From Myxococcales bacterium (GTDB lineage Bacteria; Myxococcota_A; Polyangia; Polyangiales; DASUME01): 64,000 nt of DNA. How positions within the stretch are numbered: position 1 is the stretch's first letter; every line of letters starts with the position of its first letter. The translations under genes and the position numbers were made by a program. Below are positions 50,913 to 59,800 of this stretch, piece by piece. The DNA is taken from NCBI GenBank assembly GCA_047601445.1, contig JASGJH010000001.1, forward strand, positions 224,001 through 288,000. Direction: 5' to 3'. The notes beneath the pieces are model-generated. The model made no database searches and was not told the DNA's origin. It saw only the letters and a program-made list of their open reading frames with translations.

Positions 50913-53366
50913 GTGCGGATGGTGGATCTCGGCGCGGACGTCCGAGCCCTGTTGGCCCAAGCGCAGCGCGCGGCCCAGCGGCTCAATCAGCAGGCGACAA
51001 CCACGGGACACATCGTGCTCGCCATGCTCGAGTCCCGGGAAGACACGGGTCGCTTGTTGGAGGCGCACGGCGCGCGGGCGGTGACGCTGTACGAGAGCCT
51101 GAAGGACGTGGAGCCCGAGGCGAGCAACATGGTGGAGCTCGCTCTGGAGCGCGCCCGACGCATCGCCGCCCAGTCGGGATCACGCAAGGCACGTCCACTT
51201 CACTTGTTGTTGGCCACCTTGCAGAACGCTCGCAGCGAAGGCTTGCGGGGCCTGGCGGTGGTCGGCGTCCCCGTGGACAACCTGCGCGGCATGCTCGAGG
51301 ACTCCCTGGGCGTGCCGGACAAGACGCGCCCCGAGCGCGGTCAGATCCGCATGGTGGCCGAGAACGCCAAGCCCGCTCTGCCCCGCACGCTGATCGATTG
51401 GGAGGCGCAGAAGCGCAGCCAGAGCGGCCCCGTTTCCAAGGCCTCAGCACCGAGCGCCAAGCCGCGCGCTCCAGTGGCGCCCGAAGCACCGGCTCCGACG
51501 GCTCCCCCGCTGCAGGCGAACGCCGCAGAAGCTGGCCCCGCGCGCGGCGTGGGCTTCGTAGTGCCGGCAGCCAAGCGTGTGCAGCCGACGACCAAGGCAT
51601 TCGTGCTCGACGGCGCGCAATTTCCGCTGCTCCAGAGCATGGGCCGCAACCTGACCCAGGAAGTCGCGGAGGGCCGCATCGACCCCGTGGTGGGCCGCGA
51701 TCGTGAGATCGAGCAGGTGCTCGACGTGTTGGCGCGCCGCAAGGCCAACAACCCCGTGCTGGTGGGGCCCTCGGGCGTGGGCAAGACGGCCATCGTGGAA
51801 GGCCTCGCGCGCCAGCTTTTGGAAGACGAAGACGGGCGCATCGTGGTCGAGGTGTCGGCCGGGGCGCTCGTCAGCGGCACCGGGGTACGCGGGGCGCTGG
51901 CCGAGAAGCTCGCGCGCCTGCGCAAGGAGGTCAAAGCGAGCGAAGGCCGCGTGCTCCTTTTCATCGACGAGATCCACGCGCTGATCGGCGCAGGCGAGGG
52001 GCCGGACGACCTGGCCAGCGAGCTGAAGGCGGCGTTGGCGCGCGGCGAGCTGCCGTGCGTGGGTGCGACCACCGAGGCCGAGTACCGCAAGGTCTTCGAG
52101 CGCGACGTGGCACTCTCGCGACGCTTTACGCGCATCGAGGTCGGTGAGCCGACCCGCGAGGCATCGCTCGCGATTTTGCAGAGCGCCGCGCTTCACTACG
52201 AGCGCTTTCACGGGGTGGCCTACGCGCGCGATGCGCTCGAGGCTGCGGTAGATCTGAGCGTGCGTTACTTGCCCGAGCAGCACCTGCCCGACAAGGCCAT
52301 CGGCCTGCTCGACCGGGCCGCCGCGCGCGCCAAGCGCCGCGGGGCCGAAGCCGTCGATCGCACGGCCGTAGCGCAGGTGGTGAGCGAGCAGGCACGGGTG
52401 CCGCTCGAGCGACTCTTGATGCGCGACAAGGAGCGCCTGCTGGCGCTGGAGGACACGCTCGGCTCCCGAGTCATCGGGCAGCGTGGAGCCATCGATCGCG
52501 TCGCCGAGTCGATCCGCAAGGGCGCGGTGGGGTTGCGCGGCGCGCGGCCACTGGGCGTGTTTTTGTTCCTGGGCTCCACCGGGGTGGGCAAGACCGAGCT
52601 CGCCAAGGCCCTCAGCGAGGAGCTGTTCGCCACGAGTGGCATGACGCGGCTCGATATGAGCGAGTACAGCGAGAGCCACGCGGTGGCGCGCCTATTCGGG
52701 GCACCTCCGGGCTATGTGGGCCACGAGGAGGGCGGACAGCTCACGGAAGCGGTGCGCAAGAAGCCCTATCAGTTGATCTTGCTGGATGAGATCGAGAAGG
52801 CGCATCCGGATGTGCTGCTCGCGATGTTGCCGTTGTTCGACGAGGGGCGCCTGACCGATGGGCGCGGTCGCACCGTGGACTTCACCAACACGGTGATCGT
52901 GCTGACCTCGAACCTGGGGGTCGCGCAGGTCAGCCGTGCCAAGTCGATCGGCTTCGGGAGCGAGGCTGCACAGGCCATGGACAACATGGCTCAACGGACC
53001 TTGGACGCGGTGCGCGCGGCGTTGGCGCCCGAGGTCTACAACCGTCTCGACGAGGTGATCTACTTCCCTCGCTTGAGCCGAGGCGCCGTGGGCCAGATCG
53101 CACACCGCATGCTGGCGGGGGTGAAGTCGGCCCTGCTGAGAGAGCAGGGGATCGAGCTGCTCATCGAGGACAGCACGGTGGATGCGCTCATCGAGGCGGG
53201 CGGCTACGACCCGGAGCTGGGCGCGCGGCCCCTGCGCCGGACCGTCGGGAGGGAGCTCGAATCCCCCCTCGCCAGCGCCGTCCTGCGGGGGGAGTTCGAG
53301 CGTGGCGCAAAGGTGCGCGTGTGGGGCGAAGGGGCGCGGATTCAGCTGGCGGCGATGGGCGGTTAG
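50913..53366 (+). CDS. ClpA/ClpC-type ATP-dependent Clp protease ATPase
   Basis: Clp N domain. Two AAA modules (GPSGVGKT/FIDEIH; GSTGVGKT/LLDEIEKAH), PPGYVG, ClpP-docking IGF. No long middle domain. Confidence 0.9.
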   Translation: MRMVDLGADVRALLAQAQRAAQRLNQQATTTGHIVLAMLESREDTGRLLEAHGARAVTLYESLKDVEPEASNMVELALERARRIAAQSGSRKARPLHLLLATLQNARSEGLRGLAVVGVPVDNLRGMLEDSLGVPDKTRPERGQIRMVAENAKPALPRTLIDWEAQKRSQSGPVSKASAPSAKPRAPVAPEAPAPTAPPLQANAAEAGPARGVGFVVPAAKRVQPTTKAFVLDGAQFPLLQSMGRNLTQEVAEGRIDPVVGRDREIEQVLDVLARRKANNPVLVGPSGVGKTAIVEGLARQLLEDEDGRIVVEVSAGALVSGTGVRGALAEKLARLRKEVKASEGRVLLFIDEIHALIGAGEGPDDLASELKAALARGELPCVGATTEAEYRKVFERDVALSRRFTRIEVGEPTREASLAILQSAALHYERFHGVAYARDALEAAVDLSVRYLPEQHLPDKAIGLLDRAAARAKRRGAEAVDRTAVAQVVSEQARVPLERLLMRDKERLLALEDTLGSRVIGQRGAIDRVAESIRKGAVGLRGARPLGVFLFLGSTGVGKTELAKALSEELFATSGMTRLDMSEYSESHAVARLFGAPPGYVGHEEGGQLTEAVRKKPYQLILLDEIEKAHPDVLLAMLPLFDEGRLTDGRGRTVDFTNTVIVLTSNLGVAQVSRAKSIGFGSEAAQAMDNMAQRTLDAVRAALAPEVYNRLDEVIYFPRLSRGAVGQIAHRMLAGVKSALLREQGIELLIEDSTVDALIEAGGYDPELGARPLRRTVGRELESPLASAVLRGEFERGAKVRVWGEGARIQLAAMGG

Positions 53367-53393
53367 TCGGGGGTTGCAGAAGGCGCAAACCCC

Positions 53394-54809
53394 GTGGCAG
53401 AACCCACGGCTGTGACGTTTTCCGCCCCTCCGCGCCCTGGCCCTTCGGAACATCCTGGTCCGATGCCACGTGTGTTCGGTCGCTACGTGTTGTTCGACCG
53501 GATCGGCCGCGGGGGCATGGCCAACATCTTCCTGGCACGGGCGGACACCTCGCTCGGCGGCTCGCGCTTGTGTGTCGTCAAACAGATCCTGACCGAGCTG
53601 GGCAAAGACTCGAATTTCGAGCGCGCTTTGATCGCCGAGGCCAAGCTGGCGGCGCGTTTGACCCACGCCAACGTGGTTCAGGTGTTCGACCTGGGGCGAG
53701 AAGGCGACCGCTTGTTCATCGCCATGGAGTACGTGGAGGGGTTCGACCTCAACCAGCTCCTACGCGCACTCTCCAAGGCCCAGCTCGCGTTGCCCGCCGA
53801 GTTTGCGCTGTTCGTGATCCGCGAGGTGCTGCGAGCCCTGGATTATGCGCACCGCGTGAAGGACAACGAGGGGCGCCCGCTGGGGCTCGTGCATCGCGAC
53901 GTGTCGCCCTCGAACGTGCTGATTTCGTTCGAGGGCGAGGTCAAGTTGTGCGACTTCGGCATCGCCCGTGCCATGAGTGCGCACGACGAGGAGTCCGAGA
54001 TCTCGGTGCCTCGCGTGGTCGGCAAGAGCGCCTATATGGCGCCGGAGCATGCGCGGGGGGAGCCCATCGATGCGCGGGCGGACGTGTTCGCCGCGGGCAT
54101 CCTGCTGTGGGAGCTCGCCGCGGGACGCCGCCTGTACCGGGGCAGCGAAGAGGAGATGCTGAATCAGGCCAAGCAGGCCGAGGTGCCGCCGCTGCCGGAG
54201 CGCGGACTGCCCGAGCAGGCCAAGCTGCAAGCGGTGCTCAATCGCGCCCTGGCGCGCTATCGGGACGATCGATTCCAGAGCGCAGCGGAATTCCTGCGAG
54301 CCCTCGAGGACTACGCAGTGCAGGCGCGCTTGATGGCTTCCCAGCTGCGCTTCGGTAGCTTCCTGACCGGTCACTTTGCGCAGGAAATCGTGGAGCTGCG
54401 GCGCGGGCGCGAGGTGGCGGCGCGGGCCTATCAATCCGAGATCCCACCGCACAGCGCGGACTCGGGGGAGGAAGCGACAGGGGCGCACCACGAAGGGGCG
54501 CGCGACAAGGCGCGCATGTGGAGCGAGCCCGGGGCCCTCGACGGTTCGGCTCCCACGCTCGATGCGAGCGCCACCTTGCGCGATGCGCCGCCCGCGGAGG
54601 CAGCTCGCGAGCGTGCGTTGGGGGCGAGCAGTGTGTCGGAGGCCGAGCTCGATCGCTCGCTGCTCGGGCTCGACGCGGCGGCTCAGCAGGGGGCGCCCGC
54701 CAAGACTCCCTCGGTGCCTGCCCGGGCCGCTAGCCGCTCCGAGTGGGTCTGGTACGCGGCGGCCGCCGCCATCCTCTTGCTCGGTCTACTGGGTTACGTC
54801 TTCCGCTGA
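53394..54809 (+). CDS. Hanks-type Ser/Thr protein kinase with C-terminal TM anchor
   Basis: GRGGMA, VVK, HRDVSPSN, DFGIA, YMAPE, DVFAAG. Confidence 0.93.
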   Translation: MAEPTAVTFSAPPRPGPSEHPGPMPRVFGRYVLFDRIGRGGMANIFLARADTSLGGSRLCVVKQILTELGKDSNFERALIAEAKLAARLTHANVVQVFDLGREGDRLFIAMEYVEGFDLNQLLRALSKAQLALPAEFALFVIREVLRALDYAHRVKDNEGRPLGLVHRDVSPSNVLISFEGEVKLCDFGIARAMSAHDEESEISVPRVVGKSAYMAPEHARGEPIDARADVFAAGILLWELAAGRRLYRGSEEEMLNQAKQAEVPPLPERGLPEQAKLQAVLNRALARYRDDRFQSAAEFLRALEDYAVQARLMASQLRFGSFLTGHFAQEIVELRRGREVAARAYQSEIPPHSADSGEEATGAHHEGARDKARMWSEPGALDGSAPTLDASATLRDAPPAEAARERALGASSVSEAELDRSLLGLDAAAQQGAPAKTPSVPARAASRSEWVWYAAAAAILLLGLLGYVFR

Positions 54810-55630
54810 GGCGTACGGCGGCTGGGCTTCGCGTACTCGGCGAGCACTGCGCGCATGCGTCGGGCATCGCGCGCGGACAGGCCTGCTTCTTCAGCGCACG
54901 CGATGACCAGCGGCTGCAGGCTCGCGTAGGCGCGTGCGCGGGCGGGGCCAAGCGCGCGTAGGGCTCGGAGATGGGCGCCCACGGTACTCGCATCGCCGCG
55001 TACCACGGGGCCGGTGAGCGCTCCCGGAATGCCTACGCGGCCGACGTTCTCGGCCACGCTCCGCAGCAAGCCGGCGAGTGCCTGCTCGGCTGCTGGGCGG
55101 GCAAAGCCCAGGGCGAGCAGGATTCGCAGGCCTTCCCCGACCAGCGCAGCGCCTCCGTTGGCCACCAGGGCCGCTGCGGCATGGTAGCTGGGCCCGAGGC
55201 GTGCGGCCTCGAGGGTACGGGCCCCGAGGATCCTCGCGAGACGTTGGGCCGAGCGTTTGGCGCGTGCATCGCCCGTGGTGACGAAAGTGGTGCCCCCGAG
55301 GGTGGGCGGACGAGCTCGGTCGGCGAACGAGACCAAGGGATGCATGGTACCGATGGCGAGCCCCTTACCCCGCAGCGCGGCGAGCTCCTCGTGGGCGCGC
55401 GCGCCCGCGCAGTGAAGCGCGCAGGCACCGGCGGGCAGCTCGAGCGTCGCGAGGGCCTCCGCGGTTAGGGCGAGGGCGGCGTCCGGGACGGCCAGCAGGT
55501 ACACATCGGCTTGCGGGACGCTGCGCCAGGGCGGACGACCTCGCAGCTGAACCACCGGGCACTTCGCGCGGCGCAGGGCTCGGGTCAGTGAGGTGCCCAC
55601 CTTGCCTCGGCCCAGCACGCAAACCCTCAC
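54794..55630 (-). CDS. Rossmann-like + DUF2520 oxidoreductase (PanG-like)
   Basis: GRGKVG, LAVPD, HCAGA, MHPLVSF, YHAAA, ALTGPVVRGD. GTG start overlaps the nadD stop. Confidence 0.85.
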   Translation of the reverse strand: MRVCVLGRGKVGTSLTRALRRAKCPVVQLRGRPPWRSVPQADVYLLAVPDAALALTAEALATLELPAGACALHCAGARAHEELAALRGKGLAIGTMHPLVSFADRARPPTLGGTTFVTTGDARAKRSAQRLARILGARTLEAARLGPSYHAAAALVANGGAALVGEGLRILLALGFARPAAEQALAGLLRSVAENVGRVGIPGALTGPVVRGDASTVGAHLRALRALGPARARAYASLQPLVIACAEEAGLSARDARRMRAVLAEYAKPSRRTPQRKT

Positions 55631-56229
55631 GGGGGCGCTCCTCCGCCGCCGTACAGGCCGTGCTCGCGCGCGTAGTGCACCACGGCGCTCGGCACGCGAT
55701 CGATGGGCTCCTCGCCGCGGGCCAGCGCGAGGCGCACGTCGGTGGAGCTGATCTCCGGCAGCACGGGACCTTGATAGGGTGCGGCCTTGGCGAGATGCCC
55801 ACCGCGCTGGGCCACCAGCAGCGGGGCACGCTTGGTGATTTCTTCGAAGCCCTGCCAGTGGGCGCTCTCGGCGAGGATGTCGGTGCCCACCAAGAGGCGC
55901 AGCGCGTGGTGCGGATGGCTGGCAGCGAGGGTCTCGACCAAACGCAACGTGCGGCTGACCCCGCCGAGCTCGCGTTCGAGCTCCGACACCTCGACGCGCC
56001 GCAGGTCGCGGAAGGCGAGGCGGCACATTTCGACGCGCTCCGCGAACGGGCTCAACGGCTTGCCGAAGGCGTGTTGGAAGACGGGTAGCACCAGCACGCG
56101 CTCCACGTGTTCCACGCTCAAGGCATAGGCGGCGAGATACACGTGGCCCAGGTGAGGTGGATCGAAACTGCCACCGAACACGGCGATTTGGGGCCGGCTC
56201 CCGGCCGCTACGGCGGCCCCGTCGCTCAT
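55627..56229 (-). CDS. nadD: Nicotinate-nucleotide adenylyltransferase
   Basis: FGGSFDPPHLGH, VG.D...W, ISSTDVR. Start MSDG overlaps the upstream stop (ATGA). Confidence 0.9.
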   Translation of the reverse strand: MSDGAAVAAGSRPQIAVFGGSFDPPHLGHVYLAAYALSVEHVERVLVLPVFQHAFGKPLSPFAERVEMCRLAFRDLRRVEVSELERELGGVSRTLRLVETLAASHPHHALRLLVGTDILAESAHWQGFEEITKRAPLLVAQRGGHLAKAAPYQGPVLPEISSTDVRLALARGEEPIDRVPSAVVHYAREHGLYGGGGAPP

Positions 56230-56840
56230 GACTGAACCACCAGGCGGGCCTGGCGTGAGAGCAGCACGTCGCGCCCTGCAGGCTCCCCCGTCTGCGGGTT
56301 GAACTGCGCGATCGCCAGGCTGCCTTCGGCCTCGGGCTCGATCACGGCGATACGGCCAGCTTTGAGCGGGCCGGGCGTGAAAAACGTGCGTGGTCCGAAG
56401 CGGTTGAGCGCGCAGGCCTTGCTGCGGCCGTACACCACGAGGAACGCGTTGGCGATGTCCTCTTCGTCGAGCAGCGACTTCTCGTGCACGAACAGTACGA
56501 CCTTGTCGTCGAACACTTCGACGGCGCGCGCGGGCGGTGGTGGCAAGCAACGCAGCGCACTCAGGCGTCGAACGTCGTCGTCGCGCGCGAGCAACGCTCG
56601 AATGCTGCCCGCGTCCCCTGTCAGGGCGAGCTTGGCTGCCTGGTCCAGGAACGCTTCCTCACCCGCGCCCTCCTGTCCCATGACTTGCTGCGCCCACAGC
56701 TCGACCACCTGCTCCACGGCGCCGTCGTTGGGGCCCAGGTAGACGGCCTGATCCACGCCGTAGTCACGCAACAAGAACTCGGCGGCTTCGCGAAGCAGCG
56801 TGAGATTCCCGTCCGCGGGACCGAGCAGGCCAATGCGCAT
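56226..56840 (-). CDS. Hypothetical protein, degenerate metallophosphoesterase-like fold
   Basis: Motif order MRIGLLG..GN, D..VYLG, VLFVH, VVYG, FFTPG parallels YfcE-type enzymes, but most metal ligands are absent. Confidence 0.6.
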   Translation of the reverse strand: MRIGLLGPADGNLTLLREAAEFLLRDYGVDQAVYLGPNDGAVEQVVELWAQQVMGQEGAGEEAFLDQAAKLALTGDAGSIRALLARDDDVRRLSALRCLPPPPARAVEVFDDKVVLFVHEKSLLDEEDIANAFLVVYGRSKACALNRFGPRTFFTPGPLKAGRIAVIEPEAEGSLAIAQFNPQTGEPAGRDVLLSRQARLVVQS

Positions 56841-56845
56841 CGCGG

Positions 56846-59800
56846 CTAGCGGCGCTCTGCGCCGGCACGCTGGCGCGCTTCGAAGTGGGTTTCGGCGATG
56901 GCGAAGCTCAAGAGGTCCTTGGCCTCTTCGATTTCACTGAGCACCGAGGCCTGCGGGCGCGCCAGGTTGACGATGCCACCGAGCTTGATCAAGGCACCGA
57001 GGGCAGCCGGCATCGAGCCGGTCGCGAGCAGTGCCGCGCGGTTGGCGGCGGCGCTGGCGAGCGAGTAGGCGCGGGTGAGATCGAGCTCGGGTTGTCCAGC
57101 GAGCTCCACGGCATGCGGCAACATGTCTTCGCGGGCGCGCTTCGAGAGGTGTTTGCCGATGCGGCGGGCCATTTCGTCAAGCATGGCGGTTTCGACTCCA
57201 GGGACCCGATAGTCTGGCACTTGCGCCGCGATCAGGCCGCCCAGGAGCGGGCTCATTTCTTCCGGACGCAGTCGACAGGTGATGCTCATCTGGGAACGCG
57301 CGATCTTGCAGGCGCGCGCCACCAAGAAGCGCTGCTCCTGGGGCGAAAGCGCGCCCAGGATGGTGCGACCGACGAGGATCTGGAAGGGAGCCTCGCTGAC
57401 CGGGACGAACGCGTAGGGCAGCTGGGAAGTCACGAAGACCTCGGCGTCTCCCAGGCCTGACGTCTTGGCGAATTCGCTCGCCACGGCCCGCAGCGGGTGC
57501 TTGCGCTCGAGCTTCTCGCCCGCGAGCAGCTTGATGTCGAGCGGCTGCGCGCGATTCATGGCTTCGGCGCCGTGGCGGAACAGGATGCGTACGGATCCCG
57601 GCAGCAGATCCGTGAACACGAGGTCATCGAGCAGTTCGCTGAAGGCTGCCGTGCCCAGGCCGTTGGTGCCGCCGTCTGCGTCGAGCAGGCGCGACAGCTT
57701 GGCATCGGCGAGACCCAGGGCAGAGGCTGCCGACGCGACTGCGCTGGCGGCGTCCTTGCGGCCCCTCTGTTCGAGGACCTCGACCAGCGTGGACCACAGC
57801 TCGGCGACGTCGGGCTGGGTCTGGAGCGCGTGGCGCAGGTCGTTCGCCGCGCGGTTGAGATGCATCGCCAGCGCGCTCTGAGCCTGCCGGCGTCGGTAGA
57901 ACTCGGCCTGGGCACGCAACACCGTGAGGTCGGTGGGAGTGCCCTTGCGCAGGCGCTCCAGCACCTCCTCGGCACCCCTGAAGTCTGCGGCGTCTTCCTT
58001 GAGCTTCGAGAGCTCGAAGGCAACATCGCGGCGTTGATCCGCGCGCTCGGCGACCTGCATCAGGCGCTCGAGCGATTCTGCAGCGAGATCGATCTGGCCG
58101 CCGCGCTTGAGCAGCGCCGAGAGCTTCTCGAGCGCGCGCTGGTGCTTGGGAGCGAGCTTGATCACGCGGCGGTAGGCCGCCTCGGCACGGCGCGGATCCG
58201 GCAGGTGCTCGTCGTAGATCTCGCCGAGCTTGTAGAACACGTCGCAGAGCTCGTCCGGGTCGCGTGAGAGGCGCGCCATGCGCACCAGGATTTCCGCGCG
58301 CTCGCGCTGGTTGTTGGCGCGGTCGAGTAGGCCTTCGAACTGTGAGAGCGCGGGCAAGTCCTCGGGCAGGAGCTCGAGCGCCGAGCGCAGCACGTTGACG
58401 GCCTTGTCGAGCCCGTCCTGCTTCTCGTAGAGCTGGGCGAGCTTGCGCGCGAGCTCGACCCGTAGTTGGGGCGCCTGAGCCGCGTTCAAGCGTGCCTCGG
58501 CGAGCGCCACCAGACCCGAGAGGTCGTTGTGACCGGACAGCAGCAGCTCGAGCCGCGCCTGCACGTCCTTGTAGGCGATGTCCGCTTCGGCGGCGCGCTG
58601 GTAGGCCTCGCGTGCGCGGTCGGGGGCGTTCAGCTGCTCCTGCAGCAAGATGCCAGCGCGATAGTTGAGGCGCGCCACGCGGCGCTTGGTGTGCGAACTA
58701 CGAGCCGCTTCGGCGAACAGGTCCGCTGCTTCGGCGAGCTGTCCGTTCGCCTCATGGGCCTCTGCCAGCGTCTCCACCAACGTCGGGTGGGTCGGGACGA
58801 GCTCACGCATGGCCCCCAGGGCCTCGGTGGCACCACTGCCGGGCGTGCGCGCGAGCAGGGCCACCGCTTGCACGGCGAGCGTGCTGAGCTCGGCCTGGTC
58901 GCTGACCGACGCCGACGTGAGTTCCGCCGCCTTCCGAATCGCCGATACGTCGCCGCGCGCTGCGCCCGTCGCCATCAACTGACGACCGAGCCAGAGGCCG
59001 CGACCAGCCTTCATGCCGCTCTCGAGGATCAGCTCGTCGAGGCGCTCGGTGGGCTTCTCGGGGCCGCGCAGCGCTAGCAGGCTCATCAACCGCAAGCGCG
59101 CGAGCCGGTCCTTGGCTCCGGCGCTCGTGGCCGCGAGCCGCTCCTCGACCTCCCAAAGAGCGTCGAGGTCGTTGGCGCCCATGGCATGGCGCTCGAGCAC
59201 ACGCAGGGCCGCCGGGTGCTGGGGCACCAGCGCGAGGAGGCTGCGCGCGAAGCTCAGCTGTTCACCTGGGTCGCCGCCACCGGTGGCCTCGAGCAGAGCT
59301 TCGAGCGCTTTCCGCTGGGCCCGCGGCTCAACCGCCGCGGCCAGACCACGGCGCTTCTGCTCGGCGAGCTGACCCGCCTTGCCAGCTGCGCGCGCCACTC
59401 GCTCGACACCCATTTCGGCGATTGGATCGTTGGGCTGCTCCTGCAATACGGCTTCGAACAGGGCCAGCGCACGAGCCGGCTGACTCGCGTCTTCGAAGGC
59501 TGCGGCCGCCGCCAGCGTGGCGGGACGCTTGAGCGCCAGGGGGGCACGTTCGGCGCTGCTCTGCAGGGCCTCCGCCCGCAGGGTGGCGGGCACCGCGTCG
59601 CCGAGCCGGATCACGAGCTCGCGCAGCACCGGGTCGCTCGGCATCAAATCGAGCGCTCGTGTGAGCTGAGCAGCCGCGGCATCGGCGTCATCGCCCGCGC
59701 GCACCAGGGCTGCGCGCACCAGGTGCGCGATGGCTTCGTGGGGATCCTTGGCGCGACCCGCTTCGCGAGCGTGCAGGTTCGATAGCCGCTCCACGTCGCC

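Noticed and set aside
50913..53366. ClpV / type VI secretion or ClpB
   Set aside because: IGF ClpP-binding loop present, no ClpB middle domain, no T6SS genes in the window.
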